Of a stretch of DNA of 64,000 nucleotides, positions 24,064 through 37,823 are shown piece after piece (positions within the stretch are counted from its first letter, which is position 1; each line of letters opens with the position of its first letter). Made by a program: the position numbers and the translations under genes. This DNA is from Sarea resinae (lineage: Eukaryota), in assembly GCA_026026165.1 (NCBI GenBank), contig JAPEUD010000072.1:1-64000 (forward strand), in the 5' to 3' direction. Under the pieces are notes generated by a model. It ran no database searches and was not told the DNA's origin. It was given only the letters and a program-made list of their open reading frames with translations.

Positions 24064-24420
24064 AGTAGAGTATAGTAGCCCCTTTGGCTTTTTCGGATTG
24101 TATGCTAGATTGAAATGATTGATGCGATGTAGAGCAGTAGTATTTATATAGCATTTGAGCGAGCCATCAAATCGAGTATAAGCAAATACGGCAAACAGCC
24201 TTCAATCACCGAGGTCCGTAGTAGATAAGATAGCCTTTCATGGCTGAGAAGGGCAAGATCTAATTCTATATTTCGATCGCGCTCAGCTAAATGTTTCGTG
24301 CAAAGGGTTCCTATATACGGGTCTACAAGACAGGGCCGCTGGATGCTTGCTTCCCGCTGGGTCTGCTTCAGATCAGATGGACGGGAAACTAAGCAAATTC
24401 GCAGTTTTTCACCTCTCATC

Positions 24421-25693
24421 TTATAGATACTTGGCGAAGAAGTCTGCGATCTGCTTATATCTGTAAACCCCACGACAGAGGATCATTAGCACTGTATCGG
24501 GCATGAGAAGAACAGAGAAGAGATGAGATGAGAAGAGAAGAGAAGAGAAGGCAGTCCGACTCGGACGACGGTGACTTTTGAAGCAAACGTAAATCTAAAA
24601 CTCACCCGCGCTCAAACTCCTTGACATTCTCCTCGTTCTTCAGATCGGCACGCGCGCCCATCCAGCCGTGGAACATGGTGCCGTACAGCTCGACTTCACC
24701 GACTTTGCCGGACTCGGGAGCGGTCAGGATATCGGAGTAGGCCTTGACGATGTCGGCGGGCTCGTCGGGCGAGCAGAGACAGATGTGCGGGATCGTCATT
24801 GCTTCGGCGTCTTCTTTGGCGAGACGTCTGAGGTGGTGTTTTTCAGTTGAGGTTTGCGTTAAATGGCATGGCATGGGATGGAGTGGAGTGGATGGAAGGA
24901 TTGGAGTTTTTGAGGGTCTGCGAGTGTGGAGGGGGTGGGAATCGGTGATCCGGGGGGGGGAAGGGGGGAGCCTTACCCTGGGTGAGCTTGGCCCGAGACT
25001 TGGAATGGAGAATCTGGGCCAGAAGCCAGGGCCGCGACCTAAGGGGTTTAATCGGTATCAGCAGGATGAACACTTCTATAGAAAGATATATGATAGAGGG
25101 AAACAGCAGGCACAGCACCCAAAGGCATTCTCCGTATCTGACCGCGAAACAAAACATACCTTGCCGCCCCAGCAAAGGCCAAAGGCGCCCCAGCTCTTGA
25201 CTTCAGGCCACCTCTTCTTCGCCAGCTCGGTCGTCTGCAGTAGCACGAACAGGTTCGCCTCGATGCCGGCTTTTTCCTCGATAAAGGCCTGCACTTTCGC
25301 CTTCTTTTCGTCTGTGTCGGGCGGGAAAAACGAGACCTGGAGAGGCTCGCCCTTGAAGAAGTCCGGCACGAGCACCAGACAGTCGAGATGCGAGGCGAGC
25401 CGGTCGGCGCCTTGCAGTGTCGAGGGGAAGAGCCCGAAGACGTCGTAGATGTCTATGATGGCATGTGTGGAGCTGGTCTTGCCTGTGATGTCTTCACGAA
25501 GAGACAGACACCAGGGAAGTCAGAATCCAGTCGAGCAGGTGGGCTCAGTAGGAACGAGAGGCGGGGTTGTAGGAGTGATTGATGGGAACATACAGATGTT
25601 CAGGTCGCCAACCTTCTCGTATGTTCCCTTCGGTTCGTAGTTGTTCGTCACCACCGGAGGCACGGTGCAGCAGGCCTTGCTATGTTCTGCCAT
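24421..25693 (-). CDS. Dienelactone hydrolase family protein
   Basis: MAEHSKACCTVPP, YDVFG, PDFFKGEP, GLCWGGK (nucleophilic Cys), MFHGWMGAR, final exon GYKQIADFFAKYL*. Confidence 0.92.
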
Positions 25694-26233
25694 GGCCAAA
25701 GAAAACGAGATAGGTCCGTCTGGTGAGCGCGTTCAAATAGATGTCCTCAAGGTCTGTACGGTAAGACTATCAGGCAGAGGAGATGGAAACGGGTGAGGGC
25801 GGATACTTTCTGGTGCTGTACTTCTTGTTGTTGCTGTCGTGGTGGGGTCGCGAATGATCGCTGTTTGTATATTTGGTGAGGCCGAGGACCCTGGACATCG
25901 GGCCGATGGTACCTGTACCGTATGATTAGGCGCCCCGACGCAGAGTTGCGGAGATTGCGGGGTTAAAGTTATGGCCGAAGACTGCCGATCGCGTCGTACG
26001 TATCATTATGGAGCTGACAGACGTGCAATGCGGACATAATTAAGGTGTGAAGCCTGAATACGAGATCAGGCGACATTGTATTATGTTAATACGGTTAAGA
26101 AGCGTCTCTGACAATTTTTTTCAAGTCTGAAAGCTATTTACTCGTTCCTTTGAACGCGCATCTAATGCAAAATCTCTACGTGCAATTTGTCAAGTACTTC
26201 CGACTTCGTTTTCAAGCCTCAAAACCCTTCGAC

Positions 26234-28047
26234 TCATAACCCACCATTCTGCTCCGGCTTGACAGCTGCCAGCTCATTCTCTTTCGAGTGCTTTTCCGAG
26301 TCATTTGGGAGTGGTCTTTCTCCGATTGACTCTCCGCCAAGCTCTCGGCCCCTCGGTGCCTCAGCACTGGTTTCAGCCCCGGCCTTTGCCCCGGCCTCTT
26401 TTGTCGCTTCGTCTGTCGAATCAGCTTTCAGTCTCTCGTTCAAACTTTCTCTTTTCTTTTCCCCCTTCCTTTGCGCCTCCAATTTTGCCTCTCGACGCCA
26501 ACGAGGACCAAATATCATCAATGCCAAGATCAGTGGACTAAAGCCGATCCAGACTAATCCTGCAATAGTACACGACCAACCGATACCTATCGCATCAATC
26601 ATAGGAATAATGACTGCTGATCCCACCGCTCCAAGAAGACACCGGACCAGATTGTTCGCTGCGGTGGCAGTCGCTGGCCGTCCCGGATATATATCTACCA
26701 TCAGGATGGTCATACAATTGAACCCGGCAATCATAGCATATCCGATGATAAACAGAAGAATAATGGGCCCAGCCAGATTCGCAGGGAAGTGCAAAACCCA
26801 TCCGTATGTGATGATTGAGGCAGCTCCCAGGAAGAGCAACGGAAAAGCCACCTCAAGTCGAGCCTTTTCGATTGGGAAGTTGCTGAGATCTTGTTGGCGG
26901 CTCTTGATGACAGACAGACCGAGCCGTTTCGCATGTCGCTTATAATTCCAGTTGAGGATTTTTCCAGTCGTGTAGGCCGAAACAATGCTACCCCCACCAA
27001 TCGGAATAAACAGGAGACTGATTTGGATATTGTTGAAGCCGTATTTATGTTGAAATTGTGACGGAAGGCTCGACGTAACGACGTAGTAACTTGCAAACAA
27101 TAATCCATTGGACAGAAGAATCAGTCCCGCTTCCTTCTGGAAGATGATGATCAGCGTAGAGAGGGGATTTGGAAACGGAATATGACGATTCTTCGCGAGA
27201 GCGTTCCGCTCGCTGGAATCAACAGGATTGCCAGCTTTGGCCATTTTCCACTCTTTGTACAGGCTCGGGAGAGACTGGCACCATTTCGACGGAGGAATGG
27301 ATCCATCCCCGACGATATTCCTACATGTTTCAGGAAAGAAGAGCAGAAATGGCACGTAGAATGCTGCGGAAAAGATGACGAGGAACCAGAATATCCATTT
27401 CCATCCGCAAAATTGACTGAGGAGACCGCCGAGGACAGGCGACAAAGAGGGCCCCAAGATCGAGCCTAAAGAGGCGTACGCTATGTATGTACCTCGCTCC
27501 GCTGATGTGACAATATCGGCGGCGACAGCATTTGCGAGAGCGACAGTTCCACTGCTGCCAGAACTTTGAACCATCCGAAGGATCAAAAGCGCGGTGTAGC
27601 TGTTCTGCAGAGCTAGACCGAGGTTTGCCCCGAGGTAGACAATGAAGCAGATGATGTATCCTGGTCTCCTTCCTGCACCATCCGAGAACCCACCAATAAA
27701 CGCGGGAGCTACGCCCTGAAATATCTGAGCAATAGTTAGTGCTATCTCTGATCTTAATTATGGGAAGGAACGAAGCCTACTAAGTACGTTGTGACGGTCA
27801 AATTGATCTTTGAGCTCGAGACGTGCAGATCCTTTGCCAATGTATTGAGCGCAGGAAAGTAGATATTTGCCGATAATGGAGAAAAGAAGCCCGCAAAGGA
27901 CGCCGCTAGGATGATGCATCGCTTCTGGTTCTTGGTGAAAACGGAATGCTTTTTGCCCGTGACCTCTGCTTGCTCCGAAGGAGGCTCTGAAGGAGGCTCG
28001 GCGTTGGCATTCAATTCCGCGTTCTGCGGTTGTTCACTTGGAGCCAT
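26234..28047 (-). CDS. MFS multidrug transporter (DHA1, QDR-like)
   Basis: FFSPLSANIYFPAL, ADIVTSAERG, GWKWIFWFL, FPETCR; one intron; many hydrophobic segments. Confidence 0.93.
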
Positions 28048-28770
28048 GATGCGTCAAATGCCAGACATGGACGAGAAAGGGAATCGCGCGCAGTGAGATG
28101 GTTCATGAAGACTATCGCTGGTATGCATCGACATCCGTCGCAGATATAAGCGCTCACTGAAAGGGGTGAGTCATTATATTTCCCGTCCACAGCGGTGATG
28201 CTGGTGCCGATCCTGCAGAATGGCTAGGATCCTCATCTTCATTCTTGCAATTTCCGTGATGCGGGAAAGAAGAGCGGGCGACATGGAGCGTATATGTGAG
28301 AGTTCGGGGGTGATCTGTCGACCGGCAGTGGCGGTCAAGGACCGTGGAGGTCGGCCCGGTCACATCGGTCGCATCGGCTGGATATCCCTGACATCGCTTG
28401 CGCCCTACCAACGGCGCTGGTCGGCCACTTGCTTACTTCTCGACCCAGATTGCTTTGATCCATAACATGTGGCTATGAAACACAATGGTGCACTTGTTAC
28501 ATACTCAGACCCAAAAGCTGTGACCCAGTAAAGGGGGAGCCACGTTCATTTCATATGATCAGCCACAGCCCAGATGAACGAGATCATTGAAACAACAACA
28601 AAAAAAAGACAGAGATAACGCAGGCATTCAAAAATTGCTAACTCGTTGTTTATCAGACGCCGAATGACCCCTCACCCCACTAATCAAGATCAAGGCATCA
28701 GAAAACTGTGTACGAGTGAATGTGGTTCATCCGGAGCGATACCGCAAGCGGGAGCAATGAAGGTGGCCTT

Positions 28771-29229
28771 TCAGAACAAGACGTTCCCTGCCCTGACAAT
28801 GAGATACATGCACATGAAGATGCCGCTCAGATAAATGCCCGTCCTCGCCAAGCTGTATTTTCTCTGCTCGACATTGATATAGGCCAGAGTGTAAACAATC
28901 CTCGAGACCAGGTACGCCCCAGTGACAGCGTTCAGTGTCGCCGGGGGGAGCTTTGCCATATTACCCAGGATAACGGCCCCAACGAAGACTGGGAGGTTCT
29001 CAAAGCCATTCTTGTGGGCAGCTTCGGCGCGTTCGTAGCGAGCAAATGTAGCGGCAGGTACCGATTTCTGGACTGAAGCATTCCAGTTCGAAGAGCGTGG
29101 ATTCGAGTTGTCCCAGCGGCCGTTGTTCGCAGCCTTGATGGTCCTGATGGCATAGTTGTGCGGGAGGACGGAGAGGACCCAGTACGCAGGGATGGCATAT
29201 ATTGAATAGTTGTGAGTTGGTGAGGCCAT
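28771..29229 (-). CDS. MAPEG family membrane protein
   Basis: RAEAAHKNGFENLPVF and YLVSRIVYTLAY motifs; ~152 aa, hydrophobic. Confidence 0.88.
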   Translation of the reverse strand: MASPTHNYSIYAIPAYWVLSVLPHNYAIRTIKAANNGRWDNSNPRSSNWNASVQKSVPAATFARYERAEAAHKNGFENLPVFVGAVILGNMAKLPPATLNAVTGAYLVSRIVYTLAYINVEQRKYSLARTGIYLSGIFMCMYLIVRAGNVLF

Positions 29230-30877
29230 CGTCGGCTGCCGGAAAGATGAAGTCTGGGTCTCGGACAAGGCAGTGTACTTTATCGCTTCAAGAGCTCTGT
29301 GCCAAAGAAAAGATGATAAAGTATCAGCGGGCTGTCAGAAGAGGAACGTGGCTGATCAAAGAAGTGAAGGGTTTGCAAAGGATTCATGAGACACTACTGA
29401 GGATATCCGAACATGCTTCTGTCTCTGGGGAATAGACAGACTGTTTTTGTTGTCGCGGTGAAGGCCAACAGCTCACACGTCTGTGAGTGAGATGGAGGTG
29501 CAAGTGCGGGCGACTCGTGACGAGGGATGATTCAGCTGGACAAAGCCGCCGCCACGGATGTCGCATGTGTGTATCCGTAGTACTTGATTCATTTGGTCTT
29601 CATGCTTTGTACGACCATGACTGTCTCCAGCTGTCTGTCTCCGAAAACCCTACGGCGGGGCCTGAAGAGCTCCAGCTGGGATCGCCTCTTGCAGCCTAGG
29701 GCGGTTAGCTACCTCAGCGACCCGACCCCAGCAAATCGCTTTGACCTTCGGTGCCAGTCGGTATCGATTACAGGAGGGTTCTACTATGTACAATGTCGAG
29801 GCTGTCGCTCTGATTTACTTCGTCTGGTGGCATCCAGGGCTCTACGACGTAGTAGGAGGTGAAGTACGATGATCGGCGTCGATGCAGGACAGGGTTCGAG
29901 ACGGGAGGCCTAAAGTCACTACGGCATCTTGGATCAAATGGATCAAATGGATGGTAGGTAGGCTATGGACCCCAACGCGCGCTTGTCCGTGCAGGTAGGT
30001 ACCGGAGGTAGATATTTGATGAAGGGGCCCAGCTTACTGCAGTACGTAACCTCTCGAGCCACCACCACCAACATCACCACCACCGCCGCCGCCGCCACTT
30101 TGTCCATTATCATCTTCTCACCTTTTCCCTCCTCACCGCACTTCAGCTGCCCGCCAAGTCCCTCCAGATTAGCTGTTCGTCGGCACAGACTGACTGACAG
30201 CCTGACTGTACGTCTGGGGCAGGAGTCGCGTTGGCCGATTCCTCTTTCAAGCGGGATGGCCGCAGCCAATCCGAAACTGGAGAAGTTGAGACTGTCTGCG
30301 GCGAGAGAAGAGACAAGATGGCCCGGGCCGCGGGAGGAAATGAGTCAATTGGCGTGCTTTGTGTAGCCACCACACCTCACAATCAGCTTCTCACTAGGCC
30401 GAAAGAATCCATGGGCAGAGTGTCATCTTCGTTCGTCGTATAAGGCTGCCACTGGGGCTGCCCATGTGCTCGTGACTTTCTCGTTATTGACATACTGAAA
30501 CGCTGCCTTCTGATCGTCTGTATTGTGCCGTTGGGGAAGAGCGTTGGTTCGCCTTTGCATCTCGAGGACTTTGTACTTGCTTGGCAAGCTCATCTCCGCG
30601 ATTCATCTCCATCTCTGCAGCTGAACCGTTCACCCAAAGCTTCGGTGCTGTGCTTGCCTACTCCCTAGTACAGAAGGGCCTTCTACTCTGTTGCTGCCCT
30701 GCTGTAGTATCAGTCTACGGCCTACGCCACCAGCCGGAGCGAAGACCTTGCCTACCTTACCTTTCCTTGCTCGCCTGCACTTCTTCCATCACGAAGACAT
30801 TGCCAAATATCTCACCATCTCTCCATCATTCTCATCTGAAACCTCCTCTCTGTTCACTTTTCAGCTGCTCCAACATC

Positions 30878-33800
30878 ATGGCCGACTCTCTCGATCTGCC
30901 TGAGAAGGCGTTAAGTCTCTTGACACGGCTAGGAACACTCGTCAGACATACGTTGACAACTAACGTGGAAGATCCCAAAGCTCCCTCCACTGATCCACAG
31001 GCAACGGGTGCTGGACTAGTCGGAGACGTTGCGAGCCAGACCACCCGTCTTTACTCGGACGCTACTCTCGCCATCGAGTTCCTCAAGACTGAACAGCATA
31101 ATGGCTTGGTCGATGACAAGACCTATTTTGTGAGTCCCATCCCATTCTCGCTCTCATGCGCGACATATTGCTAATGAGAGCCAGATGGAGCACATTGTAC
31201 AGCTGGCTGCATCACTGCCGAGTGACTCGAAGATTGCACCAGATTTGACGAATGCATTCGTCTCGGAATTGTGGAATTCCTTGCAACATCCGCCGCTTTC
31301 TTTCATGGGTGATGACTACAAGTATAGGACTGCGGACGGATCCAACAACGTAAGTCCTTCGGCGTCGACTTCAATCTTCTCCGCTTAACCCATCTAACCT
31401 AGTCGTAGAACCGGCTGTACCCTCAACTGGGCAAGGCCGGATCTCCATACGCGCGCAGTGTTGAGCCGGTGACCCAACTTCCGGGAGCACTCCCTGAAGC
31501 GGGATCGATATTTGACGGTAGATATCAGGGCATGTCCAATCTTGAAGATGCTAATCGGTCGTAGCTTTGTTTGCTCGAGAAGGGTCAGGCAGAGAGCATC
31601 CGAACAAGATTTCGAGCATGCTGTTCTATCTCGCAACGATCATCATCCATGGTACGTTCGGAAAAGCAGCATTGTGGGAGTCCGACTAAATGAAGTCAGA
31701 TCTCTTCCGTACAAGCAACCACGACCCCAACAGGGTTGAAAATTCATCCTATCTAGACCTGGGTCCATTGTATGGCCATAATGAGGCACAGCAGGCTTCC
31801 ATGCGAATCTTCAAAGATGGTCTACTCAAACCCGATGCGTTCTGCGAGATCCGCTTGCTTGCAATGCCCCCTGGCGTGGGTACGCTCCTCATTTGCTTCA
31901 ATCGATATCACAATTACATAGTTGGACAACTGGCGGAGATCAATGAGGGTGGAAGATTCAGTCTACCGGCAGGTATCACACCATCGAATGGAAAGGCTTA
32001 CGATGCTGCTGTCCTGAAACGAGACAATGATCTATTTCAGACCGGAAGATTGTATTTGAATTTCCTCCCTAGTCTCTGGGGCCAACTAACCCGCCACTCT
32101 AGGATTACCTGCGGACTCTTTGTCAACATCCTTCTGATTGATTACGTCCGCACTATCCTGAACCTCAACCGAACAAAGTCCGAATGGGTCCTCGATCCGC
32201 GGGAAAACGACGACAGCATCCTCGATATGACGACTGTGGCCAAAGGGATCGGCAATCAAGTCAGTGTCGAGTTTAATCTCATATACAGGTGGCATGCGGC
32301 TATCAGCACAAGAGATGACGAATGGACACAAGGAATGTATAAGCAAGTCTTTCCTGGCAAGGACGTCAGGAATCTGACTCTTCCCGAATTCACCGAAGGC
32401 CTGAGAGCCTGGCAAATGTCACAGCCTTCTGATCCTGGCCAAAGGACGTTTGGTGGATTGACCCGTCAAGAGAATGGAAGCTTTCCGGACAGCGATCTGG
32501 TAAACATCCTGACGGGAGGTACCGAAGATATCGCTGGTGGGTAGTTGAGACTATATGCTCCATTCCACTGAAGGGACTACTGCTAACGGCGGACACAGGA
32601 GCCTTTGGGGCGCGCAATGTTCCGACTATCCTTCGACTCGTGGAAGTTCTCGGAATTGAGCAAGCTCGGAAGTGGCAGGTAGCTACACTGAATGAAGTCC
32701 GGAAGTACTTCCAACTCGAACCATATAAAAAATTCTCAGATATAAGCTCGGACCCGGATGTAGCTCAAAGCCTGGAGACCCTTTATGAGCATCCCGATTT
32801 CGTGGAATTTTACCCTGGTCTCATTGCCGAAGACGCAAAGGATGTCAAGCTACCAGGATCGGGGATCTGTCTCAACTTCACCACTTCTCGAGCTATTCTA
32901 TCCGATGCGGTGACCTTGGTCAGAGGAGACCGTTTCTTTACCACAGTAAGCAAATCTTATTCTGTTAGTACTTCCTCGCTGTTGCTGACCCTCAGCAGGA
33001 CTATAGCCCTGCCAACCTTACCAGTTGGGGCTACAACCAAATTCAGTCAGACCCTCAGATTGCTGGTGGTGGAGTGCTCTACAAGCTTCTCATGCGAGCC
33101 TTTCCCGATTACTACAGCGGCAATTCTGCATATGCAATGTTTCCCTTCACAGTCCCGGATGAGAATCGCAAGATTCTTCGTTCGCTGGGTACAGAAAAGG
33201 ACTATGACTTCAGTAGGCCATCTCTCAAGCCCCAGCCAAAGGTTATCGAAACTTGGGCCGGTGCCGTCAGCATTTTAGAGGATCAGGCATCGTTCAAAGT
33301 GCCATGTACGTGTTCTCGACTTCGGACCATGACGGGACATGGAGCTTACATATCTAGGGGGGCCGCATACTCATTACTTGACCGGACACGACTACATGCT
33401 GAGTGGTGATTCTCCTACCAACGCCGAGCAGAAGAAGTTTGTGTCGAATGCCGTATATTGCCCTCACGATGGTCTCAATGAGATTCGCCAATACTACGAG
33501 AAGCTCACGACGGACCTTGTTTTGGATAAGAGTCACAAATTGCGGCATTCCTATCAATTGGATGTCGTTGCCGAGTAAGTGGACCTCCAATCTATCGGAT
33601 GGACTGACAATATACATGTTAGTGTTGCAAACATCGCTCACGCAAACTTCATCGCAAAACTCTTCTATATTCCACTGAAGACCAAGGAGAGTCCCGTTGG
33701 GGCTTATACGGAAGAAGAGCTCAATCTCATCCTTTCTGTTCTCTTTGCTTACGTCTTTCTCGATCAAGATGTCGCCAATGACTTCAATCTGAGACTGACT

Positions 33801-34746
33801 GCAAAGCAAGGTACGACGAATCTGAGTAAGATTGTGCAATTGGCGGTAGAAGCAGTCAGATCGGAGGACTTTGTCGGTCTGCGCGCCATAAACACGATGA
33901 TGAAAGGAGCGGATGGGAGTGAATTGCTGAAAGATTACGGTGCAAACCTGATCAAGAGGCTTTCAGATGGCGGGAAGAGTGTCGACGAGGTCGTTTGGAC
34001 AATCATACCAACGGCAGCTGCAGCGGTAGCAACTCAAGCACAGGGTGTAAGTACTCCACCGTTGGAAAGTATCCGGCTGATTATCGCCCTAGACCTCACA
34101 AATGTTGGACCTATATCTATCAGACAAGTACAAGCACCATTGGAAAGATATTGAATCTCTCGCACAATCGGATACTCCTGAATCTTTCGAAAAGCTCCGC
34201 AAATATGCACTTGAAGCTTATCGTCTTGACACGCCAGCTTTTGGCACGCTTCGCTGGGCCGATGTGGAGTCGAAAACAATCAAAGATGGAACCAATACCG
34301 TCATCGTCAACAGAGGGGATGAGGTCTACGTCAATTTCGTACGCTGAGCAACTCATCACCTTGGAAGTCGAAAAATGACTGACACTCCCTCAGGTCACTG
34401 CTGGGGTCGACCCCGAGAAGTTTCCCGACCCCGAGGAGATCAAGCTCGACCGCCCGGAAGATTCGTATATCCATCACGGATACGGTCCGCATGCCTGTCT
34501 CGGTCGGCCGATTGTCGTGACGGCCATGGCCGCCCAGCTTCGCATCTTTGGAAGACTCAAGAATCTGCGCCGTGCTCCGGGCGGTCAGGGTCAACTCAAG
34601 TACACGACGATCCCTCCAGACATCAAGGTGTACATGAAGGAAGATTGGAGCGACTGGTGGCCGTTTCCTACAAGTGAGTGTGCACGTGCATCGTCTCCGT
34701 GCAAACTAACATGGGCATAGCCATGAAGGTGCTTTATGACGAGTAG
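30878..34746 (+). CDS. Fatty-acid dioxygenase-cytochrome P450 fusion (Ppo / linoleate diol synthase family)
   Basis: YRTADGSNN, IIIH|DLFRT, SSYLDLGPLYG, EFNLIYRWH, LVRGDRF; P450 domain with EAYRL (ExxR) and HGYGPHACLG (heme Cys). Multi-exon. Confidence 0.93.
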
Positions 34747-36098
34747 GCCACGTCTGGATGGGAAGGCGACAAGGGAGCGATGGTGGCAAGTGAGTATTGT
34801 TATTGATTGCTCCTGTCTGTCGATTGGTCATGGGATTATTGGTCTCAGAGGAACCAAGTGCGGTGTTCTTTGGCTCTCTTGCTTTGCTTTTGCTCTGCTT
34901 GTCTTGCCGCAGCGTCTCCCGTCTTCGCTCGCAGCCTCTTAGCTAGCCCAGCCGTCGATGATCAATGATAGGCCCCGATGATTTCTGACACGTGCTACGG
35001 TGCAAGGCTCTTCGGCTGTCCGTTGGGGTCGTTGGGGTTGTGGGGTTGCATCCATCCATACGACAATTGTGGAGCGACGATCCAACGAGTACTCTACTTG
35101 ATACTGAATTGCATCCGACATGCCCCCAGTAGAGTAGTCCGCAGTCCGAGGGGTCGAGGTCTTTGTGGCAGGAGAGTATGAAGTACGGAGTACGGAGTAC
35201 GGAGCACGTCGGGCGCAGTCTCGAGTCTGGCCACGTTTGCTGGATTTGGGGGGTGATGCCCCACATCAGGCACGCGCTGGCGCTCTTGATTCGGCCCAGG
35301 TCAGGCACAGGCCCTACATTTATCCGTTTCGGCTTTTGGATGGATGGATGGATGGATGTATCGCTACCATGAGTCGACCAGTCGCTGTGTGTACTCCGGG
35401 GTAGATTGCCTGATGGCGGTACTTCGGACTCCGTAGAGCACCGTATGCTGTACCTCGTATCCATTGCCGGAGGTCGCACGCGGAGACGACGGATAAAGGC
35501 CCTGAAGCAGCGCAAAGTACTCCGGGTAGTAGAGTAGTACGTGGTACTTTGTCCAACGGGGATCGTGAGGTGGAATGGAAGGGAAAGGATTTCTAACGTG
35601 ACGACCGTGTGATCTCACTGGATCCCTCATTGCGGGGGATCCGAACGACGTCCTCTCCTCTCGAGGAGGCAATCGTGCTCGTCGTGGTCGAAAGGAGGAG
35701 GTTTACCGGCCATACGTAGTAGATGGATGATGATGACTGGCAATGTTGCTGATCAACTCGGGCAAGCGGGCTCCCCACCCCACGGCCGAGGTCAACTCCG
35801 ATTTGTGCACTCCCTTGGCCCATGACGGCTTAGCGTCTTCCCCGGGCCACGAATGGGCCGAGGGGTCCCCGAACGGGGATAACCCGAACCTGGAGACCAT
35901 GCAGGGCGGCTCCGCAGCAGCAGCAGCGGCAGCAATAGAGACACCACGCCGAGACCTTAACATTCGATTCTTCGTCGACGTCTCCCTCCATCGAGCATCC
36001 TCTTCTCTTTTCCCCTCTCTCACCTTCCCGACACTCTCTTGTACTGCCTCTCTCTCGTTGCCTTTCTTTCTTTCTGCTGCCAATTCACGAGAGCCATC

Positions 36099-37823
36099 AT
36101 GGCTGCCTCCGCTCTGATGCGTAGCCGGGTGCGCCGGCCTTCGATGCTGCAAAAGCTGGCCAAGCCCGAAGACCTGATTGACCTCTTCCCCCATGGCTCG
36201 TACATCGGCTGGTCCGGCTTCACCGGTGTGGGATACCCAAAGTGAGTAGTTGCCCTCGACCGACAAGCCGGCGACTAATGATTCGCAGAAAGGTTCCCAC
36301 CGCCCTCGCCGACCATGTCGAGAAGAACAACCTCCAGGGCAAGCTCAAGTACGAGCTCTTCGTGGGCGCCTCGTCCGGCGCCGAGACGGAAAATCGATGG
36401 GCGCAATTGGACATGATCGAGCGGAGATCGCCCCATCAAGTGGGCAAGCAGATCGCCAAGGGCATCAACGAGGGCCGAATCAAGTTCTTCGACAAGCATC
36501 TGAGCATGTTCCCGGCCGACTTGGTCTACGTGCGTGATTCGCTTCTGGTGTTGGGTGCTCCGCTGACGGCTTCGATAGGGCTGGTATACCAAGGACAAGC
36601 CGAGCGGCAAGCTGGATGTCGTCATCGTCGAGGCGTCAGCCATCACGGAGAGCGGAGGCATCGTCCCCGGTGCTTCCGTCGGCGCCTCCCCTGAGCTCAT
36701 TCAGATGGCCGACAAGGTTTGTGTTCGTCGCATCCCGAGAGTTCCGGAAGCTAATTGGTTTTAGATCATCATCGAAGTCAACACGAAGATGCCCTCGTTC
36801 GAGGGGCTCCACGACATCACGATGATGGACCTGCCGCCGAATCGCAAACCGTACCTGATCATGGCGCCCGAGGACCGCATCGGCACGACCTACATTCCCG
36901 TCGACCCGGAGAAGGTCGTAGCCGTCGTCGAATCCGACTACATGGACCAGACGCAGCCCAACTCGCCCGAAGACGAGGGCTCGCGCGCCATCGCCGCACA
37001 CATCGTCGAGTTCCTCCAGCATGAGGTGACGCACGGGCGGCTGCCGCAGTCGCTGTTGCCCATCCAGTCGGGCATCGGCAACATCGCCAACGCCGTCATC
37101 GGTGGCCTCGCCCACGGTGCCCAGTTCCAGAACCTCAAGGTCTGGACCGAGGTGCTACAGGACGCCTTCCTCGACCTCTTCGACTCGGGCCATCTGACCT
37201 TTGCGACGGCGACGTCGATCCGACTGAGCCCGGACGGCTTCAAGCGCTTCTACGACCGCTGGGGCGACTACGCGGGCAAGCTGCTGTTGCGGTCCCAGCA
37301 GGTGTCCAACAACCCGGAGATCATTCGCCGGCTCGGCGTCATCGGCATGAACACGCCCGTCGAGGTCGACATCTACGCGCACGCCAACAGCACCTGCGTC
37401 ATGGGCTCCCGCATGCTGAACGGGCTCGGCGGCTCGGCCGACTTCCTTCGCAGCTCCAAATACAGCATCATGCACACGCCGTCGACGCGGCCATCCAAGA
37501 CCGACCCCTCGGGCGTGTCCTGCATCGTGCCCTTCTGCACGCACATCGACCAGACCGAGCACGACCTCGACGTCGTGGTGACGGAGCAAGGGCTCGCCGA
37601 CGTGCGCGGTCTGTCGCCGCGTGAGCGCGCCCGCGTCATCATCGACAAGTGCGCCCACCCCGAGTACAAGCCGATCCTGACCGAGTACATGGACCGGGCC
37701 GAGTTCGAGTGCCTGAAGAAGGGCTGGGGCCATGAGCCGCATCTGCTGTTCCAGGCGTTCAAGATGCACCAGAACCTGGTCGAGAAGGGCACGATGAAGA
37801 TTGACTCGTGGGAGGTGAAATGA
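36099..37823 (+). CDS. ACH1: Acetyl-CoA hydrolase / acetate CoA-transferase
   Basis: [49 protein letters not shown]; three introns. Confidence 0.96.

Noticed and set aside
35181..35208. (GTACGGA)n repeat upstream of ACH1 as a Zn2Cys6 binding array
   Set aside because: Common simple motif in filamentous fungal intergenic DNA; no specific evidence of function.
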